In this document: positions 34,101 through 45,901 of the stretch, one piece after another
Layout of the letters: every line of letters begins with the position of its first letter
Position numbering within the stretch: the first letter of the stretch is position 1
Assembly: GCA_027923505.1 (NCBI GenBank)
Contig: BROI01000026.1
Location: 372,001-424,661, forward strand
Length of the DNA stretch: 52,661 nucleotides
Direction: 5' to 3'
Origin: Mayamaea pseudoterrestris
Lineage: Eukaryota
Made by a program: the position numbers and the translations under genes
The notes under the pieces: generated by a model
The model's database searches: none
What the model saw: the letters and a program-made list of their open reading frames with translations, nothing else
What the model was told of the DNA's origin: nothing

Positions 34101-34481
34101 GTCAAGGTTCACCGTCGAGACTGTATATGGCACTGGCTTGTAATCCTTGCGAAAGATTTCCGTCGGCTGCTGCTTGGTGGCTTCCGCTGCTTCCGCCGTT
34201 GCCGAAGAGGAAAGAGCCGTCGTGCTCAGTTGCGACATGGTTCCTCCTCCTCCCCTGTAGCGACAAACGTTTGATTGCTTGGCTTGCGATAGCTGATGCT
34301 TCCAGGAACAAGTCGACGACGACGATGAAACGGATGAGGCTGCTGCTGCTGCGACGCTCCCAAAGGATCTTTGACGACGACTGCTACTACTTGCAGTTGT
34401 CTTGCTAATACCAAAGGCTGCACTCTTGGACTGCTCCGCTGCTACCAATAGCAACGTCAAGGCTCCCTTGCAAAAGTTCAT
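31158..34481 (-). CDS. pepN: Aminopeptidase N (M1 family, bacterial PepN type), likely plastid-targeted; exons 34481-33565, 33422-33190, 33086-32991, 32887-31158
   Basis: [43 protein letters not shown]...LKEG and YTATVY reconstructed over three GT-AG introns. Signal-like [25 protein letters not shown]. Confidence 0.95.
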
Positions 34482-34755
34482 GGTGCAACTGAATGGATCG
34501 AGCGCCATCGACGAGCCAAGATCTTGGCGCGGCGCGTGACTCATTCATGACTGACTGACGTTGCAGTCACGAGCTGGTGCGAAAGATCCATCGAGTACCG
34601 CTAAGACTCTATTCCTTCCACGTGTGGCTGACGCAAAACCATGGCGCGGCGCAGCTGTCGAATGCCTTCCGTCATCCTCCTTGTTCTGCTGCATTACACT
34701 TCATTCGTAGTATTGCTTCGAGTTTAGACAAACAACTCGTAGGCATTTAGTCAAG

Positions 34756-36303
34756 ATGAGGTTCCAGGCTCATCTCTTGGTCGCGGCATGCGCTGCGAAA
34801 TCCTTCATTTCGACGGCATTTGCACCTTCCGTCTCATTCGTCTCCAAGGCGTCAACGTCTGCTCGCTACATTTCCTCCTGGACGGACGCTCCAACCACCA
34901 GCAGCAGCGAGAGTGATAATGTCAATCCCATTAGCAACGTGCAAGCCTACCTCAAGGAACCCGGTCCTGTCGAAGCCCGCAACAGTCTCGATGGAACGGT
35001 ACTTGTTTCGGGACTCGTCAAGACGACGGATCGTACGGACCAAACCTTGTTTGATCAACTGAACAATGAGGAAAGTATTTTTAGTTTCAGCAAGATTGTC
35101 GCCTTTGTCGATGACGCTAGTTTCGCCAAGAAGCGACTGCTCAGTCGAAGCGCCCGATACACTGGTTTGCTGGACAAGCTAGACTTTGTGCAGGCAGAAG
35201 CCAAGGGTGCATTGCCGACGGTCAGTCAACTGGATGGTGTCAAGAGCTGGGTGGCTTATTTGGATCAAGAACCAAACATGCTGGAAAAGGTTCATGAGAT
35301 TGCCAAAATTGCCAAACAGAGTTCCAGCTTGGTTAATGTTGCCATTCTATTAGCTGGAGCGTCCGAGCTTGATGCGTCCGAATCACTCCAGGCAGTCGAA
35401 GCTCTCAAGTCATGCGGCAAGCAGTACACACTCGTCGCCGTAGGTTCGCTCGTCGACACGCCCCAAGGCAAGGAGGCCTACCAGTTTGAGGAGTTTGGCA
35501 CGACGGAAGGAATCATTCCATCCACGACGCGCTTCTCGCGCGACGAGTCGTGCCGACTCATTTCCGAACTGCTGCAGCTGGAGTGCGGCGTCAATCGGGC
35601 ATTGTCGTTTGCGGAAATTTATAACGTGAATGCCACTGAAGTGAGACTTGTCAAGGGACTCCGCGCGGCTGGTTACTCGAGGCCGCAGGAGATTGATCAC
35701 ATGATTCGACTCGGGCCAAAGGTATGTTGTACGAAAGCGCGTTAAAGTCTCGGCTATTCGATGCGGACAATTGCTCACACCATCTCATCTTGTATACAGG
35801 CCTACGACGAAGCATGCGAAGCTTTCCTCACCAAAAACCCCGACTACGCCAAGGGCTACACGAACGACTTGTGGTGGGAGCGCCCCGAGTATGTGGAAGC
35901 CCGCAACAAGATGCGCGAGCGCGACGAGGAGGACATTGCGCGCGTCAAGGATGAGCGCACATTGGCAGTGGAAAAGGTGGCCAAGGAGTGGGCCAAGCGC
36001 GAATACTTTCGACAGAAAATGGCGGGCGCTGTGGAAGCTAGTATCACGGAGGAGGAGTACACCAAGAGTGTGTGGGAGCGCGCCATGTTTGAAGGCGACA
36101 TTCGCTACCGACAAGTGAAAGGAGAACGTTTTGATGAGGTGGAGGCACTGGCTGACTTCAAGGCGCAGCAGGAGCGCAAGGCGGCAGTCATGTTGAAGCG
36201 AGCCAAGCAAGAAATGAAGGACATTCTGGAGGCCGAGGATTTGGTTGGCGAAGACCTGAAACCAATTTTGGATGCCGACGCGGAGGAGAAGAAGACTGAA
36301 TAA
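34756..36303 (+). CDS. Plastid-targeted hypothetical protein; exons 34756-35721 and 35800-36303
   Basis: Signal peptide ending ISTA-FAP (ASAFAP motif). The GT-AG intron 35722-35799 joins GPK|AYDE in frame. Charged helical C-terminus. Confidence 0.82.
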
Positions 36304-36573
36304 GCTACAACATACGGTAGTTGCGAAGATTGACGATGCAAATAATAAAATGTTACAAACTACCGGTGCGGATTCATTGTTCAATGTTTGCTGTTATCGT
36401 CGGTATTTGTTATATCTAATGTATTTCTGTATAGGCCCTCTGAAAGCCAGAGAACCAGCGACCCCTAATTTCATCATCATCGTAGTCAGCGTTGCATAAA
36501 GTTGGATAGTAGCTTGATGATGCTGTCTGTTGCCCATTGTAAGTACGTACGTACGAAAACGCGCAATACGATT

Positions 36574-37077
36574 CTAGTACGCCAAGTAAGATTCTCCATT
36601 CAATTTGCGGCGAATCGCACGGATGGGACTCGTTTCCATTTCCATCATGGAAGACATGCATCCCGTCGATTCATCGCCGAATGACCGTTTGTAGCGATTG
36701 CTTATTGGAGCAGGACAAATGGACAGGGCGCGTCCAAGCAACATGCGATTGTTCAACGTTTGCATGCAAGCTTGAGCGGACCGAGGACTCGCAAAGCAAC
36801 AAATGGCGTATCCCTCATGAGCAATCAACTGTATCTGCTCCAGCTGCCCAAATGGCATGAGCAGCTTGACAAGATGCGCCTCGGAAAAGCTTGCATGCAA
36901 ACCTCGAATGTAGACGGCTGTTTGGAGGTAAGCAGCATTGCCGTTCATATCGTTGTCCATCATCGTTGATTGACTCTGATTCGCATCCACTGTAAATAAG
37001 ACACTCCAAAAGCGATCAATTTCCAATCCAAGTTGGTCTTGGGGCTGCTGATAGAGTCGATAGGAGGAGAGCGCCAT
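36574..37077 (-). CDS. RRM-domain RNA-binding protein, RBM18-like
   Basis: RNP2-like VYIRGL, EAHLVKLLMPFG, RNP1-like EGYAICCF, LNNRMLLGRAL and C-terminal IRAIRRKL. The start may be a downstream ATG. Confidence 0.72.
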   Translation of the reverse strand: MALSSYRLYQQPQDQLGLEIDRFWSVLFTVDANQSQSTMMDNDMNGNAAYLQTAVYIRGLHASFSEAHLVKLLMPFGQLEQIQLIAHEGYAICCFASPRSAQACMQTLNNRMLLGRALSICPAPISNRYKRSFGDESTGCMSSMMEMETSPIRAIRRKLNGESYLAY

Positions 37078-37183
37078 GGTTCAACTGCAAGTGTGTGTGC
37101 GATCGGCAATCGAATTTTTATTGGTGGAAGATCGGGCAGGCGCGAGCCGGCGTGTGGTCCCGGAGCGGAAATTACTCATGCGT

Positions 37184-37362
37184 CCTATGACGTAATTGAC
37201 ACTGGCACTCGTTTCGTTATATTGCCTTGTGACGTAATTGACACTGGCACTTGTTTCGTGAAATTGCCTTGTGACGTAACTGACACTGGCACTCGTTTCG
37301 TGCAATTGCCTTATGACGTAATTGACACTGGCACTCGTTTCGTACTATTGCCTCGTGACGTA
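37184..37362. repeat. 42-bp tandem repeat, about 4.3 copies, each with a TGACGT box
   Basis: TGACGTA starts at 37188, 37230, 37272, 37314 and 37356. Unit: TGACGTAATTGACACTGGCACTCGTTTCGTnnnATTGCCTT(A/G). Confidence 0.95.
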
Positions 37363-37512
37363 TTAGGAAGTCAAACCAATTACGGATCGGGATAATTTGG
37401 CAGGCGGAGCAGCGAAATGACCATGACGAGAGGACCAGCGCTCATCCACACTTTTTGCGTCAAGCCCTTATTGCGAAACAAGAGCTTTGTAGTGTATAAA
37501 TTGTAGTAGAAG

Positions 37513-38385
37513 ATGGTGAGATTCTGTCCTTGCAGCGAAATGCCTCGGTTTATCACGGGAATGAGAGGCGGTACTAGGGCATTTCATTGAATGGATAATG
37601 GATTGCTTCCGTTAATTTCCTCTCTTTCGTTCAACTAATTTAATTTTACTCTTAATATCTTCCAGTCCGACATTCAGTACTGGGATGACACGCTGACAGG
37701 CGAGATTGAGGCGATTCAAACGCTCGTTGACAAGATTTCTCCCATTCATGACCATCAGGAAAAGTTGAATGCCATTGACCGAGCCAAGAAGCGCATGCGT
37801 GGAGCGGCCGGCACAAAGCGGTCCTTTAAAATGGAAATTCGATTGGTACAGGATGTCAATTTGAGACGAAAGTTTGAGTCGAGATTGAATGGACTCGACT
37901 CGCAGCTCAAGACTCTACAAGCCGATGTCAAGGCGCTTGAAGCGGAAACGCAAAGAGGCGATTTGTTTGGAGGTGGCGGCGCTGATCCGGATGATCCAGA
38001 AGCAAATGAAAGGGATGGAGTCAAAGCAGGCGATAAGATGCTTTCGGAAGCGTCCAATCTTCAAGACAAGACGCAGGATTCGTTGGCGAATACCATGAAT
38101 ATGATTTCCTCCTCCAAGGAAGTCGGTGTAGCTACATTGGAAGAGCTTGAACGGCAGCGAGATGTTCTTTATAGTATTGACCGAGAAGTTGATCGAGTTG
38201 ACGATGGATTGGCGCGAGCAGAAGCTCTTTTAAAGCAGTTTGGGAAGCGAATGGCATCGGACCATTTTATCCAATGTTTTGCCCTCTTCAATTGTCTGCT
38301 GCTTTGCGGCGTGGTACTCTTTGCGATTATCAAAAAGGGCGGCCTCTCTACTAACAAGGATGGAGCGCCAAAAGACCCAGTATAA
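37513..38385 (+). CDS. Qb-type SNARE, NPSN/VTI1-like; first coding exon is ATG only (37513-37515), exon 2 is 37666-38385
   Basis: ATG|GTGAG donor and TTCCAG acceptor give MSDIQYWDD... in frame with the ORF. SNARE motif (GVATLEELERQRDVL), RMASD, and a C-terminal TM helix. Confidence 0.82.
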
Positions 38386-38531
38386 TTTGAAAGGTTTTTT
38401 ACATGTCAAAAGCCAACGACCTGAGCTACTCGGTTTAGTATACAAATGCACCGACGAGTCGCCCCAAGGTTTGTGTAAAAAGGTTAACTTTAGAGAAAAT
38501 GCAACAGATTATTGCTCTGCTTGCATCTTAA

Positions 38532-41500
38532 TTAGGCAGCTACTGATTTGGTTTCATCGTCATCCATGTAATTCTCAATAGGAGGGCAAGTGCAGACTAA
38601 GTTCCGGTCGCCGTAAACATTGTCGACGCGCCCACATGACGGCCAAAACTTGTTTGCTCGCACCCATGGCGCCGGGTACATGGCAACTTCCTTGCTATAT
38701 GCTCGGTCCCACTTGGTTTTGACGAGGTCGTCCATAGTATGAGGCGCATAAACAAGAGGAGAATCTTCCAGCTTGACGCGACCGCTGCCAATCTCATCAA
38801 TCTCGGCGCGAATGGAAAGCATGGCATCACAGAATCGGTCTAATTCCGCCAAGTCCTCCGACTCGGTAGGCTCAATCATTAGCGTTCCAGCCACAGGCCA
38901 TGACATGGTTGGCGAGTGGAAACCATAGTCTTGCAGTCGCTTGGCAACGTCTTCCTCGGTGATACCAGTCGCTGCCTTGAGGGGTCGCAAGTCAATGATG
39001 AACTCGTGGGCGCACTGTCCATTAGTGCCTGTAAACAAAACATCAAACGCTCCATTCAATCGAGCAGCCATGTAGTTGGCATTCAGAATGGCGTGTCCAG
39101 TTGCTGATTTAAGGCCTTCAGCGCCTAGCATCTTGATGTACATCCACGAAATGGGAAGAATCGCGGCCGAGCCAAAGGGCGCTCCGGCAATCGCACCAGT
39201 TTTCTTTGGTACACAAAGATCTGACCCACAGAGCTTACCAGAAGCTTGCGGGTCCATGACATGCCCTGGAAGGAATGGAGCGAGATGCTCTCGGACACCA
39301 ATGGAGCCGACACCTAAAGAATATGGGAAAACAGTGTTTCGTGAGTGGCTTCATCAACTCATATAACCCATAGCTGTACAGATGCACACATACCTGGTCC
39401 ACCTCCTCCATGAGGAATACAAAACGTCTTGTGCAGATTCAAGTGGCAAACATCAGCGCCAATGAGACCAGGGCTCGTCAAGCCGACTTGCGCATTCATA
39501 TTGGCACCGTCCATGTAAACTTGTCCACCAGCTTCGTGAATGGCGCCGCAAATCTCCACAATCTTTTCTTCAAATACACCAAATGTAGAAGGATATGTCA
39601 CCATGAAAGCAGCAAGATTGTCATTGTGCTTGGCGATCTTGGCAGTAAGGTCGTCATAATCAATGTTGCCGCGGTCGTCATTCTCGACCACAATCACCTT
39701 CATGCCAGCCATGACAGCAGATGCAGGGTTGGTTCCGTGAGCCGACTTTGGAATAAGGCAGATGTTTCTGTGGTTTTGACCAATCGATTCCAAGTAATCC
39801 TTGATGGCGAGCAGACCAGCGTACTCGCCCGTGGCTCCAGAGTTGGGTTGAGCGCTAACAGCCGCAAAGCCAGTTATTTCGGAGAGATCGGTGTTCAAGT
39901 CTTCAATCATTTCATGGTAGCCCTTGACTTGATCATGCGGTGCGAATGGATGAATGTGCGCAAACTCTGGCATGGTGATTGGGATCATTTCGCTCGTAGC
40001 GTTCAGCTTCATGGTACATGAACCAAGCGAGATCATGGAGTGGTTCAAAGCAAGATCGCGATTCTCAAGCGTCTTCAAGTATCGGAGCATCTGCGTCTCG
40101 GAATGATGCATGTTGAAGATGGGATGCGTCAAAATTTCACCCTCGCGAGCATGTGATCGTTCCATTTGCGTCAATTGGTCGTCCGCCGACAAATCCGCAC
40201 TCAAAATCTTGAATGCTCCCGAGAGCAGGTTATCAAGATCACATCGTGTAATGCCCTCGCCCATGGAAATTCCAACTATATGCTCATCAACAATGCGGAC
40301 ATTGGCTCCCACACTGGCAGCTCCAGCCTGTACTAGCGTCGAGTCCATACCCTTGGATGAAACGTCAACCGTAAATGTATCAAAGAATGGGCCATCCGAA
40401 ACCTTGAATCCAGCCTTGGCAATCTCGCGATGGGCGACTCGTGTCAATGCATGAATGCGCCCAGCAATATCTTGCAGTCCCTTTGGTCCATGGTAGATTG
40501 AGTAGGCTGCCGCCATGTTGGCCAAAAGCGCCTGCGCCGTGCAAATGTTGGACGTGGCCTTGTCACGACGAATGTGCTGCTCACGCGTCTGCATGGCCAT
40601 GCGCAGGCACGGCTTGCCCTGCGAGTCAACTGTCACTCCAATGATGCGACCAGGCATTTTGCGCGAGTACTTGTCGGAGGTTGATAGGAAACCTGCATGC
40701 GGACCGCCGAAACCCATGGGCACTCCAAACCGTTGAGCCGATCCAACCGCAATGTCGGCTCCCCAACTCGACGGCGGAGCCAGCTTGACCAGTGCCATGA
40801 GATCCGTCGCGGCAATCACCATGGTATCATGCTCGTGAGCGCGCTTGGTGAAGGACTCGTACGACTCGCCGCTAGACTCAATGCTTCCGTAAGTATTTGG
40901 ATACTGGACAATGGCTCCGCAAAAGTCACCAGCCGTAAAGTCAGCCGTCGAGTGATCCCCAACAACGACATGAATTCCAAGCGCCGCCGCCCTTGTTTGA
41001 ATGACACCAATCGTTTGCGGATGAACATCCTGACTCACAAAGAATTTGTCCTTCTTTCCCTTTTTGCCCTTGAGTGCCATGGTCATTTGCATGGCTTCCG
41101 AGGCGGCCGACGACTCGTCCAATAGCGAAGCCACCGCCATGGGGAGGCCCGTCAAGTCCACCACTAGAGTCTGAAAGTTGAGCAGCATTTCCAAGCGTCC
41201 CTGCGAGATTTCGGCTTGGTAGGGAGTATAGGCCGTGTACCAGCCAGGATTTTCAAGCATGTTTCGCAGAATGACGGGTGGAGTCTGCGTGTCATAGTAG
41301 CCAGCGCCAATGTATGACTTCATGACCTTGTTTTTACTGGCGTATTCCTTGATTTTGTTCAAAGCTTCCGATTCTGATAATGGTGGTTGGAGGTTGAGAG
41401 GCTTGTCTGTCAGAATATTGGCTGGAACGGTGGATTGAATGAGAGCGTCCATGGAATTGAAACCAATCGAAGCGAGCATTGCCTTGGAGTCTTCAGCATT

Positions 41501-41870
41501 GGGTCCGACTGTAAAAGTGGAGAAAGAAATAGTGAGCTTGCCAGTGCATTATGTAGGCGAAGGCAGATTTGTTTCTGATCATTGGAGCGAATCGATCACG
41601 CCACAGAGCTCATTCAAGCAGTGACTCAGTGACGACAAAGTCGAGCCAAATTACCGTGTATGCAAGACGAAAGCTGCTCATCAAAACCAAATTATCTCTA
41701 CTTTTATCTCAATCAATCATGAACTTACTGTGTCGACGAGCAAAGGTGTCAACCATGTCCAAGGCGTCGGCACATACGGCCGAGGAGCGAAAGTAGCGAA
41801 TACAAAGCGTTCGGCTGGGTTTCGCTCCAGCGGCAAACGCGCGTCGCAAGGCAACCGTCTGGCGAAGCAT
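38532..41870 (-). CDS. gcvP: Glycine decarboxylase P protein, mitochondrial; exons 41870-41729, 41508-39394, 39313-38532
   Basis: [74 protein letters not shown] and [11 protein letters not shown] motifs. Arg-rich mitochondrial presequence; two GT-AG introns. Confidence 0.97.
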
Positions 41871-42559
41871 GTTAGATGTCGTTGCTCTATGAGTCGTTGT
41901 GGTCAAATCGTCACTTGTAGCAGAGTTTTGAGCAGTGAAAAGGAGTGTGATAGCTGCTCATCGGCCTCGGTGGTTGGTCAAGGCCATTGTCGGCCTCTCG
42001 CGCGCGAATGCTGAACGTGCACCGTCAGCGACGAGAAGTACTCTTTGAGTTATAGTAGAAAAGCTTGGTGACGATACGACATAGATTTAGCTACGTACCG
42101 TTTTAGCCAGTTTTTGGCAGATGCAAGCAGCATATTCAGGATTGACCATACTAATACTGTAAGTAAATAATTGTGTTACATGAAGTCAACCTCATAATGT
42201 TGAGATTATAATATAGGATGGCACTGCGCTAAATATTAATCAAAAACTCTGTAATGTTACTTCTAAAAGTTAATTGTGGTAGGATAATATATTCGGACAT
42301 GCTCCACAAGATTAATGGGTACTGCAAGGGAGATAACTTCTTATCTCAAGGGCCTTGACTTATCTCCCTTGGAGTACTGCCACTGTGATGTGTATGACAT
42401 CATGCTTTTGGGCGCATTGACTCTTCATAATGACCGTGCGTTCTGCGACTCACCTGATTGAGATTTTGCCTACGGTATTCGGTCTGGACTTGTTCAGAGT
42501 CAGAACGGTCCCTCCCCCTGTAGCAAATCTCCTATCAAGATATATAGTAGAACTACTTG

Positions 42560-43015
42560 TCACCAAGCTTGTCATCCTCTGTGGCTCTCAGTCTGTCTCC
42601 AGCACCTAATCAAGCAGCTTGCCATCATGTGGGGCCCACGCACCACCAAGCTTGTCATCCTCTGTGGCTACCAGTCTGTCTCCAGCACTCAACCAAGCAG
42701 CTTGCCATTAAGTGTGCCATCAAGTGACATAAGCACCACACCCAGTGTGTCACCTAATGCAAGACCTACTGGTAGTGGTCTTCAGTGCAGCATGTCCCCC
42801 TCTGTGGCTCTTAGTCTGTCTCCAGCACTCACCCCAGCAGCTTGCCATCAAGTGTGCTGTCAAGTGATTCAAGTGACAAGTCCAGTGAGTCACCTAGTGC
42901 AGTACCCTGTCTCCTTCCCAGTGCATCACCAAGCTTGGCCTTCCTCTGTGGCTGCCAGCACTCACTCCAGCTGTTTGCCATCAAGTAGTGGCCCAACTGC
43001 CACCCAGTCAGACCC
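42560..43015 (+). repeat. Degenerate dispersed repeats (CACCAAGCTTGTCATCCTCTGTGGCT...CAGCAC...AGCAGCTTGCCATCA); possibly a decayed Pro/Ser-repeat coding sequence
   Basis: Motif recurs near 42561, 42645, 42798 and 42927. Translation fragments such as STQPSSLPLSVPSS and TTPSVSP; no intact ORF. Confidence 0.55.
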
Positions 43016-43225
43016 CAGTCACCGGCACAATGCCTGATAAAAATAGAGTGCACAATCTACATGTCATGTATGTAACTTGACATGGTAGTACTTTTCCTTA
43101 CTCAAGCCAACTTTAAATTACCATTTCACAATAGCATTCCATTGACTGGTGGTGCTTGTGCGCAAAAGTCACTTTTGCCATGCGTCAATAGGCCATAGCT
43201 TTGTAGTATACTCCATCATCTCTTG

Positions 43226-43590
43226 CATCATTTAATGGTTCATAAAACAATCAAATGGAGACTAGACCCTGCCAGGGCACCATTCCATTATTATGGCCGG
43301 ACAGCATTGGCATGATTGACTGATCAATGATGTACTGGAGCCTCCTTCATCAAGCGGTTAGAGCCTGCTTGGTTATTTGTCAGTCAACTGGTTTATTTTC
43401 ACACATCCTCTGGGGTATGGCCAGAGCCTGGAGCTTCTAAAATTATGCCATGGTAGTGCACACTAGTCAATTGCTAGATCATTCCATTTATTGGTGGATA
43501 GCTGAGCAAGTAGCATAAAGCAGGAACAATGGCTTGGTCCACCATTTCATGGTCCAGAAAACAATCAAATGTGCCATGGCGCCATTCCAC
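43226..43590 (+). repeat. Single degenerate copy of the 354-bp family A monomer
   Basis: CATCATTTAATGGTTCATAAAACAATCAAATGGAGACTA...GACTGATCAATGATGTACTGGAGCCTCCTTCA...GCAGGAACAATGGCTTGG...CCATGGCGCC aligns with the 355-2957 monomers. Confidence 0.88.
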
Positions 43591-43594
43591 TAGA

Positions 43595-45900
43595 CCCTGT
43601 GAGTTTGGAACCAGCCCTGTGACTCTGGAACTGGTTGTTGCGACTCTAGAACCAATTGTTGAAAATTTGGAACCAGCCCAAGTAAATTTGGATTAGGATG
43701 TAGCAAATTGGAACCAGCCTCTGCGACTCTGGAACCAGTTGTTGCAAATTTGGATCTGGCTGTTGCAAATTTGAAACCAGCCACAGCAAATTCGGAACCC
43801 GTTGTTGTGAATTTGGAACCGGCCCCTGCACCTCTGGAACAGGTTGTTGCAAATTTGGAACCAGCCCCTGCACCTCTGGAACCGGTTGTTGCAAATTTGG
43901 AACCAGCCCCTGCAACTCTGGAACCGGTTGTTGCGAATTTGGAACCAGCCCCTGCACCTCTGGATCTGGTTGTTGTGAATTTGGAACTGGTTGTTGCAAA
44001 TTTGGAACCAGCCCTTGCAAATTTGGAACCAGCCCATGCACCTCTGGAACCGGTTGTTGCGAATTTGGAACTGGTTGTTGCGAATTTGGAACCAGCCCTT
44101 GCGAATTTGGAACCAGTTGTTGCAAATTTGGAACCAGCCCGCGCAACTCTAGAACCAGTTGTTGCAAATTTTGAAACAGCCCCTGCAACTCTGGAACCAG
44201 TTGTTGCAAATTTGGAACCAGCCCCTGCACCCCTGGAACCAGTTGTTTCGAATTTGGAACCAGCCCCTGCAAATTTGGAACCAGCCCATGCGAATTTGGA
44301 ACCAGCCCCTGCACCTCTGGAACCGGTTGTTGCAAATTTGGAACTGGTTGTTGCAAATTAGGAACCAGCCCTTGCGAATTTGGAACTGGTTGTTGCGAAT
44401 TTGGAACCAGCCCCTGCACCCCTGGAACCGGTTGTTGCGAAATTGGAACCAGCCCCTGTGACTCTGGAACAGGTTGTTGCGAATCTGGAACCAGCCCCTG
44501 CACCTCTGGAACTGGTTATTGCGAATTTGGAACTGGTTGTTGCGAATTTGGAACCAGCCCCTGCACCTCTGGAACCGTGAACTGGAACTAGTTATTGCAA
44601 ATTTGGAACCAGCCCCCACCGACCCTGCAAATTTGGAACCAGCCCCTGCCACTAAGTTTGCAAATTTGGAACCAGCCCCCTTGCTAATTGGGAACCAGTT
44701 GTTGCGAATTTGGAACCAGCCCCCCCCTGAACCACTTGTTGCGAATTTGGAACTGGCAAAAGGAACCAGCCTGCGACTCTGGAACTGGTTGTTGCAAATT
44801 TGGAACCAGCCCCAACGACTCTTGAACAGGTTGTTGCGAATCTGGAACCAGCCCCTGCACCTCTGGAACTGGTTATTTCGAATTTGGAACTGGTTGTCGT
44901 GATGAATTTGGAACCAGCCCCCGCGACTCTGGAACCGGCTGTTGCAAATTTGGAACTAGTCCCTGCGACTCTGGAACTGGTTGTTGCAAATTTGGAACAG
45001 ATTGTTTTGAATTAGGAACCATCCCTTGCAAATTTGGAACCGGTTGTTGTGAATTTGGAACTGGTTGTTGCGAATTTGGAACCAGCCCCTGCACCTCTGG
45101 AACTAGTTGTTGCAAATTTGGAACCAGCCCCTGCAAATTTGGAGCCAGCCCATGCGAATTTGGAACCAGCCCCTGCTAATTGGAAACCAGTTGTTGCGAA
45201 TTTTGGACCCAGCCCCCGCGACTCTGGAACTGGTTGTTGCAAATTTGGAACCAGCCCCAACGACTCTTGAACCGGTTGTTGCGAATTTGGAACCAGCCCC
45301 TGCACCCCTGGAACCGGTTGTTGCAATATTTGTACCAGCCCCTGCAAATTTGGAACCAGCCCCTGCACCTCTGGAACCAGTTGTTGCAAATTTGGAACTG
45401 GTTGTTGCAAATTAGGAACCAGCCCTTGCGACTCTGGAACTGGTTGTTGCGAATTTGGAACCAGCCCCGGCACCCCTGGAACCGGTTGTTGCGAATTTGG
45501 ATCTGGTTGTTGCGAATTTGGAACCAGCCCCTGCAAATTTGGAACCAGTTGTTGCAAATTTGGAACCAGCCCCTGCACCTCTGGAACTGGTTGTTGCGAA
45601 TTTGGAACTGGTTGTTGCGAAATTGGAACCAGCCCCTGCGAATTTGGAACCAGTTGTGTGAATTTGGAACCAGCCCCTGCAACTCTGGAACCGGTTGTTG
45701 CGAATTTGAAACTGGTTGATGCGAATTTGGACCCAGCCACTGCAAATTTGGAACCAGTTGTTGCAAATTTGGAACCAGCCCCTGCAACTCTGGAACCGGT
45801 CGTTGCGAATTTGGAACCAGCCCCTGCACCCCTGGAACCGGTTGTTGCAAATTTGGAACCAGCCCCTGCGAATTTGGAACCAGCCCCTGCAAATTTGGAA
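43595..45900 (+). repeat. 21-bp-unit satellite, left (diverged) arm
   Basis: Units such as GCAAATTTGGAACCAGCCCCT, GCGAATTTGGAACTGGTTGTT and GCACCTCTGGAACCGGTTGTT in irregular order with indels. Confidence 0.97.
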
Positions 45901-45901
45901 G

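Noticed and set aside
12510..34481. Recent horizontal transfer of bacterial-type leuS, trpD or pepN
   Set aside because: These are expected organelle-related eukaryotic genes. leuS and pepN have targeting peptides, pepN has spliceosomal introns, and all sit in host-like gene context.
35785..36384. Antisense and overlapping ORFs throughout the gene island (this one as an example)
   Set aside because: They are shadow ORFs of genuine genes on the opposite strand or in another frame, with no independent motifs.
37184..37362. Possible CRISPR array
   Set aside because: Units are contiguous with only a few variable bases, there are no unique spacers or cas genes, and the context is eukaryotic.
17488..41870. 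Photorespiration gene cluster (glycerate kinase plus GDC-P)
   Set aside because: The two genes are separated by eleven unrelated genes; there is no evidence of functional clustering.
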